IMG/VR virus record: IMGVR_UViG_3300042431_000223
Coordinates: 1 to 64,000 of that record
Direction: 5' to 3' (one strand)
Length of the DNA: 64,000 nucleotides
Origin: a virus
Taxonomy: Duplodnaviria > Caudoviricetes
The notes beneath the pieces were generated by a model. That model made no database searches. It saw nothing but the letters and a program-made list of their open reading frames with translations, and had not been told where the DNA came from. Made by a program: the position numbers and the translations under genes. Shown one piece after another: positions 36,601 to 44,942 of the stretch (the stretch's first letter is position 1; each line of letters begins with the position of its first letter).

Positions 36601-39178
36601 CATCGTTTGTTTTATATAAACCGACATCGTAAAGCAATCCCTTGGCAACAACTGATTTGTGTCCTACTCTGCTAGCATAAACTAACTCAAAGCCACAAAT
36701 AAAATCTTTTGCATACAAAGGTTTATCAGGGTCAGCTGGATTAGCAATCTCTAAAGTATTGATAAGATTGTTAAACGTATCTGCATCTATTCTAACTCCG
36801 ATTGGGTAAATATGACTTTGTTGGTCAAACTTAGGATAGACATTTCCTTGAGAGTATAACCCATCATGAATATGATTAACTAAAGAATCAGGAAATTTAT
36901 GAAATCTAATTGGGCTTCCAGCTAGTTTGTTGCCCCAAGCGTCTGTGTCCCAAATATCCTCATTACATGGATATAGCTCAGTAGATTCCCAGTAAGCAAA
37001 CTCTCCACGTTTATCATTAAAAATAGCACAAGAGAATTGTTTTTCTAATTCACTAGGTTCGTTTGGTATAACGGTTTGTCCTAATCCTGCTGTATTATAA
37101 ACTTTCCATCTTTCTTTTGGAAGCAAAGGATCTAAACAATCACCTTCTTCAATAAAGTAATCTGTATTAGCTGAAGTTATAGAATCAATATCTCCTAATG
37201 CTGGAAGTTTAGCTCTTCCTGGAATATGAAATACTTCAGTGTATTTACCTGACTTTAGTTTAAACTTAATACCAAAGGCATATACTTCATCACGTTGGTA
37301 AGTACGGAACATATAAGCAATTTCTGGATTGCTATAGTCCCACTTATCTCCATAAGGCATTTTTACGGTTTCCCACTGTAACTTAAGTTTATTAGCTAGG
37401 GGTTGAAAATTATACTGGTATTCTTTTTCAAGATCTGCCAACATTAAAATGTCGTTTTGATTCTCGACTATACCTGCAGTATTATAATAAGGAGTTCTTA
37501 CTAAAGGAGAAATAGAACTAAACGTAGATTTATACTCACCTGTGTAGACTATTACATCTTTTAAAAACTGCTGCTGTACTCGATAAGTTCCTATTAAGTA
37601 ATAGTTAGTGGTAACTCCTTGAATAGTTTCAGCTACAATTAAGTTAAAAAATTCAAAAATATTAACCTTATGATCAATCTGTACGGTGATTGCATTGTTG
37701 GTTACATAGTCTGTAAGATTTGTAAGCTTCTTCTCAAAAATTGGAATAGGTTGGCTAAAGTCAAAGTAATCGGTTAACTCTGCTCCCTCTTCATCTGTGT
37801 ACGCGATAGCAAATTGGTAAGTTCCTGCTTTAAGTTGGCCTCCGTTAGAAACTCTTATAGGACTAATCTTTGGGTGACAAGTATCAGGAAATATGTTAAG
37901 TTCCTTGCAACTCTTTTTAGTTACAAGTTTTTTGCCATCACAGTCCTGAGCCTCTCCACACGCATCTCTGTTTAAAGGAAACTCTAAAGAAAGATATCTT
38001 GGAGCATTCTTTCTATCTACAAAGTATACTCTAGTTTCACACTGATCTACTCGGTACGTAGCAAAGATTGGATTCTCAATATCAAAATTAAGACAACAAT
38101 TTTCAGGAGCAGGGTTTAAACAAGGGTTACAATTTCCTGTAGAAAATAAATTTTCTGAATAAACTTTAACATCAACTCCTGGTTTTCCTTTGCTAATAAT
38201 TCTCCAAGAATCCTTAACCATGTTAAAAGATCCATATCCCTCAAAAGTATTTTCAGGAGTTTCAATACCTCTAACTATCCCGTTACAATCTGTATACTCA
38301 ATTACAACTTGACCAGTAGAACCGCCTGGAGGAATTGTAGGATTAATTGTTTCAAGAACTACTGTATAACAATCTTGACAACAATCCTGACAACACTCAT
38401 CAATAAGAACAGGTTCATATGTACAACATGTCTTTTCTACAACTAAACTAGAACAAGGAAAAGTATCATTAACTGTAGGATCAGGATGTTGTAAAAAACT
38501 AAGAGGATTATTACCTCCACCTAATTCATTTAACCAATCACTAGTTTCACCAGGATTGTAACATACTACGTGGATTAAATCATCTAATCCATTTGTTTCT
38601 ATGTAGTTAGGAAATCCTAGGTCTATATACCACTGCCTACGAGTTTTAAATTCAACACTACTTGTATTAACAGTCAGTCTATTGCCATTACAATCTACAT
38701 AACGAAACGTATAGTTTTCAATCATGTTTCCTGTACCATCATCAATTCTTTTTTCTACACGACCATAAAAACAATTTGTAGAGTTTGATGTTATAGTAGT
38801 GGTTGCTTTAACTACTATATCTTTAATTACTTTACCTCCAACACAACCGCAGTCTGTTTCTACAGAATCTAATTCAATGCAATCTTCCCCATTGTTAGTA
38901 ATTACACCAATTTCTCCTTTACCGTCGGGGCCTAATAAGAATACAACTACTTTGTTCTGCTCAATAATATTTAATAGTCCAACTATGCGGTATCCGTTTT
39001 TAATAGTACTAAAATCGACGCAGATTTGATTGGACATTTCGTTAGTATAGGTAAACGTATTACCGTCATGGGACATTATGTTTGCATTTAACGCCCAAGT
39101 CAACTGACTACCATCTACTTGCCAGTTTATAGAATCTAGGTTTAACCCTTTGGTATTTTGATTACCTTTAATCTCCAT
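33632..39178 (-). CDS. Tail stabilization/muzzle protein (crAss001 gp44 / P22 gp10-like position) with a Cys-rich insert
   Basis: 1848 aa; N-terminal KGLNLD...LTWALNAN; beta-propeller-like repeats (GGFWVDARRG, WISFHSFLP); follows the ring protein gene. Confidence 0.82.
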   Translation of the reverse strand: MEIKGNQNTKGLNLDSINWQVDGSQLTWALNANIMSHDGNTFTYTNEMSNQICVDFSTIKNGYRIVGLLNIIEQNKVVVFLLGPDGKGEIGVITNNGEDCIELDSVETDCGCVGGKVIKDIVVKATTTITSNSTNCFYGRVEKRIDDGTGNMIENYTFRYVDCNGNRLTVNTSSVEFKTRRQWYIDLGFPNYIETNGLDDLIHVVCYNPGETSDWLNELGGGNNPLSFLQHPDPTVNDTFPCSSLVVEKTCCTYEPVLIDECCQDCCQDCYTVVLETINPTIPPGGSTGQVVIEYTDCNGIVRGIETPENTFEGYGSFNMVKDSWRIISKGKPGVDVKVYSENLFSTGNCNPCLNPAPENCCLNFDIENPIFATYRVDQCETRVYFVDRKNAPRYLSLEFPLNRDACGEAQDCDGKKLVTKKSCKELNIFPDTCHPKISPIRVSNGGQLKAGTYQFAIAYTDEEGAELTDYFDFSQPIPIFEKKLTNLTDYVTNNAITVQIDHKVNIFEFFNLIVAETIQGVTTNYYLIGTYRVQQQFLKDVIVYTGEYKSTFSSISPLVRTPYYNTAGIVENQNDILMLADLEKEYQYNFQPLANKLKLQWETVKMPYGDKWDYSNPEIAYMFRTYQRDEVYAFGIKFKLKSGKYTEVFHIPGRAKLPALGDIDSITSANTDYFIEEGDCLDPLLPKERWKVYNTAGLGQTVIPNEPSELEKQFSCAIFNDKRGEFAYWESTELYPCNEDIWDTDAWGNKLAGSPIRFHKFPDSLVNHIHDGLYSQGNVYPKFDQQSHIYPIGVRIDADTFNNLINTLEIANPADPDKPLYAKDFICGFELVYASRVGHKSVVAKGLLYDVGLYKTNDGTKEYHYPNYPFNDINWRGSGVDVDPYLKTDSEWYNKAMSINSNNFIHHGFVDNNIITYKHKRFTFHSPDTHFSYPRIGSELKIETLEIGRVLGHFVEVEEHSSLKLYTDKVNLISGLISVLMGMSGSGLDTSNFFQDKEMFALLIERFTPKVNFAWQYNGMAKYNGYLTIPNSGNKRRSIRFGNYAPSEILNFGQGEKPFHNRFRESSVYLSLDNDFAHHHPSVIDNSRYKASNHSHSNRTDIDDSKTTRAYYGAIKNLRPNQYGPISNLRYLSTGYSIDIRINPNNGLGEMIETYYPAFGGDTFINAFALKRKHAFFRQNLAGKPDDIPFNYYLFPNLGYPAYFYGYQQKVQDIEATLKAELLQITVWISAAVLAGAILAYFGSGDFGYESALELATAAAKISLLDTINDLLGGLTPYLFLDDDVTGDTFFYFKGKIYLFSYGIPIFFVESDVNVDFRHGRNDREENFYGAKELGEVPDQWLQEVNVPIKFDNFYHYNPTYSVQNIINPNFPYNEVYPELYCETDLYNRVIYSDPAGRYGKEDPWLNFRRGNFYDFPKTTGKLIALNGVENGKVYARFENNTKVYNAIITLDSNNPIAMEIGNASMFNQKPIEMSTADIGYLGTQHKAFVKTTHGGFWVDARRGHVYQVTSGGIDEISLRGSMQWFKENLPFKILKDFPNFPVDNTFKGIGISLGWDERFHRLLLTKLDYRLKEQYRGSVTYENKKLYYNDTEIQFGDLTYFENHSFTLSYSVLLKAWISFHSFLPSAYLGFIDHFQTATPTGTWNHNLSPLTYQTYYGRFYPYILEYTVNTSPSTSTVNAVTYHQDIHKYYNRNDYYSLGSYNDKNTPNFTKAIIYNKEQTSGLVNLIPQLPNDARQKLLYPRISRFGTEVLVTKRDLKNTFNGFWDATNNKENFQTLFSTKWEDISSQYPIDKVINPKSVITTTRLTGKQKLRSTFCKVRLIQDKFNRYKFINNLQMTQTTNSII

Positions 39179-39180
39179 GA

Positions 39181-40011
39181 TTATTTAATATGGAATTTAA
39201 CAAAACGTTTACGAGTACGTACAATAGCATCTGCCATTTGTTGCTTTGATTTAGTCATCAAATAGTTAAACGCTGCTTGTAGTTTTTCTAACTGTTCTCT
39301 CTTGTAGTACATTAACTTTTCTCCTACCTGCTTAGACGACTCATCCATTACAGAGTGCCACATTTGTTCAAAAAATTTGTACTTTAAGTAAGACTTTATA
39401 TATTCTTCTACTTCTTCTACTTCAGGAATCATAGGAATACCGTAATCATCTACAGGTCTAGAAAAGTATTTAACATATACGCAGCCTTCTTGAAAACTAG
39501 CACTTACTTTTTTGTGTTGGTTTATCTTGATGATATCTGTACTGCTTGATTTAAGGTTAGGGCAATTCTCAGTACAAAGAGACGTAGAGTCTGTATAAAC
39601 GCGAATCCATTTCGGTTCTTTCATTGAAATACGAAAACCTGGAGTAGGTATACTTAAAGTTTCATAAATCTCCATGTTATTACTAGTAACACAAGGATCT
39701 CCTTGAACACTCTTATACCAATAACCCTGCATTGAAGTAACTCCATTATTCCAAAAAACCTCAGAAGAATACATGATTGCGTAATCAAGCAAGTAAAAAT
39801 CATAAGGCATTTCCGACTTATAATTCTCAAATCTAATTACAGCTTCTTCTGGTCTAAGAGCTAATACTTTTAATTTACGTAAAGCTTGGTCTATAAACGA
39901 AGGAATAAGTACTTCACTAACAGCACCTGCTTCAAAGTAAGTCTTTAACTCTTGTTTTACTTCAGCAATTAAAGGTTCTGAGGTTATATACTCTATGTTA
40001 TCGTATTTCAT
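39181..40011 (-). CDS. Tail tubular/ring protein 1 (crAss001 gp43-like by synteny)
   Basis: 276 aa; YVKYFSRPVDDYGIPMIPEVEEVEEYIKSYLKYK, a typical crAss ring motif; lies between the IHF-like and muzzle genes. Confidence 0.72.
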   Translation of the reverse strand: MKYDNIEYITSEPLIAEVKQELKTYFEAGAVSEVLIPSFIDQALRKLKVLALRPEEAVIRFENYKSEMPYDFYLLDYAIMYSSEVFWNNGVTSMQGYWYKSVQGDPCVTSNNMEIYETLSIPTPGFRISMKEPKWIRVYTDSTSLCTENCPNLKSSSTDIIKINQHKKVSASFQEGCVYVKYFSRPVDDYGIPMIPEVEEVEEYIKSYLKYKFFEQMWHSVMDESSKQVGEKLMYYKREQLEKLQAAFNYLMTKSKQQMADAIVRTRKRFVKFHIK

Positions 40012-40438
40012 TGTTTTTAATTTTTTGTCCTAACATTACTTGATTAGGTTTACTTAACTTAAAATTATAGAATCCAAAGTAAGGATACTTTCTTTCGTAC
40101 AGATAGAAGAATATTCGGTACATCATTCCTTCTGTGTGATAATTTTTAAAAGTAGTATAAACCCCATCTTTGCGATATCTCCCCCAATCAATCTTTTTAA
40201 AGAGTTTAGTGGGGGTTACTCTAATTAAAGATAACAGTCCTAGTTTAGGAAACCTTACTTTATATCTACCTGTAATAACTTTCTCAAGTACCTTCTCATT
40301 GACTTTTAAGATAATGCTTCTAAATGCCTCATAGGAAATATCAGTACGACCAGTCTCCTTAACAAACTTAGTATAAGCTGTTTTAGAAGATGGATTAACA
40401 TCTGATTTTAGATTAACCCTTGATTTAGATTGCATCAT
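39998..40438 (-). CDS. IHF/HU-like DNA-binding protein
   Basis: SIILKVNEKVLEKVITGRYKVRFPKLGLLSL resembles the HU/IHF core; basic; conserved position in the crAss tail module. Confidence 0.68.
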   Translation of the reverse strand: MMQSKSRVNLKSDVNPSSKTAYTKFVKETGRTDISYEAFRSIILKVNEKVLEKVITGRYKVRFPKLGLLSLIRVTPTKLFKKIDWGRYRKDGVYTTFKNYHTEGMMYRIFFYLYERKYPYFGFYNFKLSKPNQVMLGQKIKNNEIR

Positions 40439-41054
40439 CTTTGTTGTCGCTGAATGGTTCGTTAGGAAGTTTGTGGAAGTTAATTAAACTTTGGTTAGTC
40501 ATTTCAAACAGATTATCTAAAAGATATTCTGGAAACTTAAACTCTTGTTCGTACATACTCATGCAAGGGCTTGCACTTATAGGTTCTGTGAAGTAGGCAT
40601 ACATATTAACTACCTCAACGTCGGGATTTAATACATAAAGATAACCATTCCTAATAGTATAGTAGGAACGATTAGTCTTTACTCTTAATCTTGTGTGGTT
40701 AATAAAATCCCTAATTGTGGTGGGAAAAATTTCTTCTGAATTAGACGTATTAAATACCCCTTGAATAAAATAAGAATACAATCCTTCTTCTATTTTCGGT
40801 AATTTTTTCTTCGTTCTTCTAATGTCACAGTTCAAATCACACTCAGCACCAGGAGCTAATATTAGCTCAACGCACTCATAAGCACTATATACATTGTCTG
40901 AATTTAATAACTTACGAAGATTAATTTCCCTGCGAAGAAGCGCACTGGCCTTAGTTTTTAAGGTATTATAAATAAATCTATCAGACATGAAATCATCATC
41001 GCTAATAAATTTATTAGAAACTCTAATTCTGGATATTACATCTGATATGGTCAT
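40425..41054 (-). CDS. Tail ring protein (crAss ring-3-like by synteny)
   Basis: 209 aa; YYTIRNGYLYV and EFKFPEYL ring-type motifs. Confidence 0.65.
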   Translation of the reverse strand: MTISDVISRIRVSNKFISDDDFMSDRFIYNTLKTKASALLRREINLRKLLNSDNVYSAYECVELILAPGAECDLNCDIRRTKKKLPKIEEGLYSYFIQGVFNTSNSEEIFPTTIRDFINHTRLRVKTNRSYYTIRNGYLYVLNPDVEVVNMYAYFTEPISASPCMSMYEQEFKFPEYLLDNLFEMTNQSLINFHKLPNEPFSDNKDDAI

Positions 41055-41078
41055 GGATTACTTTAAGTTACTTTTATA

Positions 41079-41109
41079 CAAATATAATTTAAACTATTAC
41101 TATTGTCAA
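41079..41109 (-). promoter_or_regulatory. Bacteroidota sigma70-type promoter for the tail operon
   Basis: TTG(41109-41107)-N20-TATATTTG(41086-41079), just downstream of a terminator. Confidence 0.7.
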
Positions 41110-41120
41110 TTACTTTTAGT

Positions 41121-41152
41121 TAAACCAAAAGAGCCTAGTTGCCTAGGCTCTT
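41121..41152 (-). terminator. Intrinsic terminator
   Basis: Minus strand AAGAGCCTAG-GCAA-CTAGGCTCTT-TTGGTTT: a 10-bp stem with a GNRA loop, followed by U-rich sequence. Confidence 0.8.
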
Positions 41153-41196
41153 GTTGGGGTTTTGACAGACAACCAACCCAAGTAACTGTCAAGGTC

Positions 41197-43122
41197 TTAT
41201 AACATCACAGAGTACTGAATCTGTGAAAGGTCAATCTCTGCTCTCATAGAAGCAGTAAATAAACTACTTGCTGGAGGGAATATAGGATATGGTATAAGTA
41301 TAACAGTTCCACCAGTATCAATTGTAATTCTACCAATAATAGGAGCAGAATCAGGGTCTTGGTATGGTGCAGTTTTTTTACTAAATATTGTTACCAAAAA
41401 ACTCAAAGTACCAGCAGGGGGTCTATAACCTGCAGGTAATGTAGCTAAAGGTATTTGAACTCCATTAGTTAAAGAAAAACTTCCAGTTGACACTAGCTCG
41501 ACACTACCTTGAATACTTACTAAAATTCCCTGTTTAGTAGCAACTGGATATCCAGAGCCAGGTAAAGCAGGATAGAGAGGATTAAAAGTATTGTTAGCAC
41601 CAATAATAGACAAAGGAGTTAAAGTGACTCTACTAGGTGTATTAGCTGCTACACTTAAATCAAAGTTTACATTACCTGAAGTTGTACTTGGTGTTATTGT
41701 TACAGAACTATCGGCACTACTTAAAGTAACTAAGGCATTAATGTTTTTATTTACCCAGTTAGTACCATTGTAGTACAAAACATGAGGATCTGAAGGAGTT
41801 GTGATTATCACATCACCTAAAGAATCTATAGAGCAAGAAGCTAAAGAACTACAAGAAAACGCAGCACTTGGAGCCAACGCAACTACCTTAGATCCACAAG
41901 CTGCAGTACTTACCGTAAAGTCTGCAGAGTAAGAAGTTTTTTCTGCATTAAGTACAGTTACTATCCTTTGCAGCTGAGTTTGAATGCTTGTAGCTGTGTT
42001 AGAAAAACTATAAGGAGCTGAACCAAAACAACCTACCCAATTCAGAGAAACACTATCGGTCTTAATGTAAGAAGGAATAGCATTTACAGTGGTGTCAACA
42101 GAACATAATTTGGTAGTAAGATATCCAATAGTTGCGTGAACAGAATCAGTAGCGGTACCTCCTAAAGCAGTTAAACAGTTTGCACTGTTATTAAAACGAG
42201 TTGTACTTCCTAAGAAAGTACTAATAGTACTTATGTTAGTGTTCGTAGTAGTAAGAGATCCATTAAGTGCAGTTGTTATAGAACAGAAGTTATCTACTAC
42301 CCAATCAAACCAAGTACCAATAGAAGCACTAGAGGAAGGTTGAGCAGTCATAGTACAAGACCCAGGAACTGTAACTCCTGTAATTGTAATTCCTCCTGTA
42401 CCACTTGCAATGGCACAAAGTTTACTTCCGTACTCAGTTAATATTGCACCTAAGGTAGATACACCAGAAGTCAATCCAGTTACACAAGAAGGTACGGTAA
42501 ATGTAGGAGTCTCTACAGTCTTTAAACGAGTGTTTAAAGCACACATAGCTGCAGAAGCACTTTCTGCAAATCCTTGTGCAGTTGTAATAGACGCACCTAC
42601 AGACTCTAAATTACCTCCTTGACGAAGACATGCGTAGTTAAATCCACTATACAAAAGTCCAGTTGGAGTTAAGTTACAAATACGATCATGTAAGTTTTTA
42701 ATTGCAGCATCTACCGAGTAAGTACTGTCAATAATAGCAGACAGTGTAGTTACGCTAATTGCAATATTGTTTGCAGGAGAAGTTCCTCCTACTGCTGTAC
42801 CAGCAATAGTTAAAGTATCTCCTACTGCATATCCACTACCTCTATTTACAACAATAATAGTGTATGATGTAGACGAAGGACCACGCGTTACACTAAACGT
42901 AGCTCCTGTACCTGAGCCTCCTGTAGCACTAACTACTACGGTGACTTCAGAAACTATAGCAACAGCTGTACCTGAATAGGTAAAGGTGTTAATGGGACCT
43001 AAAGAACAAAATAGACTTGCTCCTGAGTAAGTAACGCATTTTCCAAAATTCGTGGAAATGCATCCTACTTCAGCACAAGGCTCTATGTTATTAACTCCGT
43101 AGCAATCAAGACAAGTACTCAT
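41197..43122 (-). CDS. Fibre/spike-like virion protein (Cys-rich N-terminus, Gly/Thr beta-repeat, C-terminal LATLPAGYRP head domain)
   Basis: 641 aa; GTGATFSVT...GSGYAVGDTLTIAG fibre motif; Ser/Thr-rich; C-terminal receptor-binding-type domain. Confidence 0.65.
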   Translation of the reverse strand: MSTCLDCYGVNNIEPCAEVGCISTNFGKCVTYSGASLFCSLGPINTFTYSGTAVAIVSEVTVVVSATGGSGTGATFSVTRGPSSTSYTIIVVNRGSGYAVGDTLTIAGTAVGGTSPANNIAISVTTLSAIIDSTYSVDAAIKNLHDRICNLTPTGLLYSGFNYACLRQGGNLESVGASITTAQGFAESASAAMCALNTRLKTVETPTFTVPSCVTGLTSGVSTLGAILTEYGSKLCAIASGTGGITITGVTVPGSCTMTAQPSSSASIGTWFDWVVDNFCSITTALNGSLTTTNTNISTISTFLGSTTRFNNSANCLTALGGTATDSVHATIGYLTTKLCSVDTTVNAIPSYIKTDSVSLNWVGCFGSAPYSFSNTATSIQTQLQRIVTVLNAEKTSYSADFTVSTAACGSKVVALAPSAAFSCSSLASCSIDSLGDVIITTPSDPHVLYYNGTNWVNKNINALVTLSSADSSVTITPSTTSGNVNFDLSVAANTPSRVTLTPLSIIGANNTFNPLYPALPGSGYPVATKQGILVSIQGSVELVSTGSFSLTNGVQIPLATLPAGYRPPAGTLSFLVTIFSKKTAPYQDPDSAPIIGRITIDTGGTVILIPYPIFPPASSLFTASMRAEIDLSQIQYSVML

Positions 43123-43137
43123 TATAGTTTAAATTAA

Positions 43138-43695
43138 TTATGGGCAACAAGAACAAATTTTAGTTATCATAGCTTGCAATAAACCACGTAAAGTAGTAAT
43201 GCCTCCAGCAGGTACACAAGGTTCAGTCAAAATACATTGGCCATTTACAGTTAACCAAGTTTTAAAATCTTGATCTAGTGGCAAATCCATCCAGAATACA
43301 TTACCAGAGTCTGTATTTGTGTTTTCATTCTTCAAGTAATTTACTTGTTTCTGTAATGCACAAACTACATTTAACAATTGTATTACTACTTCACTCTGAA
43401 CATAGCGATTATCATTGACTTCGTATGTACTAAGAGAAGCAGTATTAACCAAATTAAGACCGCAAGATGCGTTAGCGTTATCAAGCGCAGTTTTGTTAAT
43501 ACCGATTTTTGCAACAATATCTTTAAGATTATCATCGAATAAGTGGATAACATCGTTTAAGTACGGAGTACAGGTAAACTCTGTATCTATTGGGCCTCCG
43601 TCAGTTGGAGTGCCTGTATACTTAACACACTTAGAAGGAATAATCTCCCCACAGTTGTTAGGCTCACAGCAAGGTTTATGTGCTTTATTTGTCAT
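43138..43695 (-). CDS. Cys-rich putative virion protein
   Basis: 185 aa; PCCEPNNC...KCVKYTG N-terminus resembles the KCVTYSG of the downstream fibre gene; ends ICSCCP. Confidence 0.65.
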   Translation of the reverse strand: MTNKAHKPCCEPNNCGEIIPSKCVKYTGTPTDGGPIDTEFTCTPYLNDVIHLFDDNLKDIVAKIGINKTALDNANASCGLNLVNTASLSTYEVNDNRYVQSEVVIQLLNVVCALQKQVNYLKNENTNTDSGNVFWMDLPLDQDFKTWLTVNGQCILTEPCVPAGGITTLRGLLQAMITKICSCCP

Positions 43696-43698
43696 TGG

Positions 43699-43887
43699 TT
43701 ATAGTTTAATTTTAAGGTTGAGGGTATCCGTACAATCTAAGCAATGAGCTAATTTTAAAAAACGCATATACTTTCTTGACTTTTTATAATAGGGCTTTGT
43801 GAGATACTTAATATGTTGCATCTCTTTTATAGCGGCTTTTGCTAACTTTTCTTTAACAGTCAAGTTCAAATCTTCTGAGTAAGTCAT
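43699..43887 (-). CDS. Small hypothetical protein (start likely MTYSED at 43887)
   Basis: Basic 62-aa ORF with HCLDC; overlaps the end of the upstream gene. Confidence 0.55.
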   Translation of the reverse strand: MTYSEDLNLTVKEKLAKAAIKEMQHIKYLTKPYYKKSRKYMRFLKLAHCLDCTDTLNLKIKL

Positions 43888-44362
43888 CGGCTTTTCTATA
43901 AAGTTCAATTGCTTTTTCGGGGTTACATAAGTCAGCATTAGCTTCTGCTCCCCTTAGCAAAAACTCGATTTTATCTAGGTAGTAAAGAATCTTTTCATCT
44001 TCACAGTCCTGCGCATATTTAGCCCATTGTAAAGCTAGTCTGCAATCTATTCTACAAGTTCTTAAGTGATGTCTTGTGCACACACCTGTATCAGGACAAG
44101 TAGTTAGATTTAAAGTGTACAAACCATCGGGCAATTCTACAAAATCGGCAGTCTCACTGGTAGTTAGCCCAAATGAATATGAGTTAAATACATTCACTTC
44201 ATTTAATATGAAGGGAAACTCAAAGGGTATGTCGTAGCCAGGGGCACTAATTTGAATGTTTGCCTCATCTAAAGTTTCAGGATAGTATGAGGTATCTAGG
44301 ATTGACATATAAGCACAATCCTTAGCTTTTAAAACTTCTATATTTCTTTGTAAGTTAGCCAT
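43853..44362 (-). CDS. Putative virion protein (Ig-like N-terminal part plus helical C-terminus)
   Basis: 169 aa; ELPDGLYTLNLTTCP beta-sandwich pattern; lies in the structural module. Confidence 0.65.
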   Translation of the reverse strand: MANLQRNIEVLKAKDCAYMSILDTSYYPETLDEANIQISAPGYDIPFEFPFILNEVNVFNSYSFGLTTSETADFVELPDGLYTLNLTTCPDTGVCTRHHLRTCRIDCRLALQWAKYAQDCEDEKILYYLDKIEFLLRGAEANADLCNPEKAIELYRKADDLLRRFELDC

Positions 44363-44375
44363 GTGGTTTTAGTAT

Positions 44376-44398
44376 AAAAGGGGAGATTTCTCTCCCCT
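44376..44398 (-). terminator. Intrinsic terminator
   Basis: Minus strand AGGGGAGA-GAAA-TCTCCCCT-TTTA. Confidence 0.8.
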
Positions 44399-44403
44399 GT
44401 TAA

Positions 44404-44868
44404 TTACATTATTGCGAATCCAATAGTTACGATTCCGTTAAGAGCAGCTGCTGTATCAATGTTACGAACAGTAATCTTAAATGAACCTGCAACAACATCA
44501 TCTACAAGAATTGCTGGAAAACCAGTACTTCCTGTATAGTCTAAAATGTTAGCAAGAACAACAGAATCTGCTTTAACAAAGATATTGTTTACTGTAAACT
44601 GACCTGCGGTAGTTGATAGTGCTGTAGTTAAACTTACAGTAACAACATCACCTGCTGGTTGGTTTAAAGTAACAGCTGTAGTTATGCTAGATGCTTGAGT
44701 TACAATTCCTTTAGTAAGGGTTACAAACTTAGCACAGCATGTAGGAGTCTTAAGCAAGTTAACAACGAACTTCTCAAGAGACGCACCAGGAACTTTACCA
44801 CCAATAGTATCTTTATTAGTGACAGTTTCATAGTACGTACCTGTTTTTAAAATTAAATCTTTTCCCAT
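44404..44868 (-). CDS. Putative capsid decoration/structural protein
   Basis: 154 aa, all-beta (VTQASSITTAVTLN...FTVNN...GSFKITVRN...ALNGIVTIGF); flanked by terminators, suggesting high expression. Confidence 0.6.
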   Translation of the reverse strand: MGKDLILKTGTYYETVTNKDTIGGKVPGASLEKFVVNLLKTPTCCAKFVTLTKGIVTQASSITTAVTLNQPAGDVVTVSLTTALSTTAGQFTVNNIFVKADSVVLANILDYTGSTGFPAILVDDVVAGSFKITVRNIDTAAALNGIVTIGFAIM

Positions 44869-44896
44869 GAGTGTTTTTATTTATTTTTTGTTGATT

Positions 44897-44921
44897 AAAA
44901 AGGGGGAGGGTTACTCCCCCT
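44897..44921 (-). terminator. Intrinsic terminator
   Basis: Minus strand AGGGGGAG-TAACC-CTCCCCCT-TTTT. Confidence 0.82.
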
Positions 44922-44942
44922 ATTCGTTATTCTTTACTCAGA

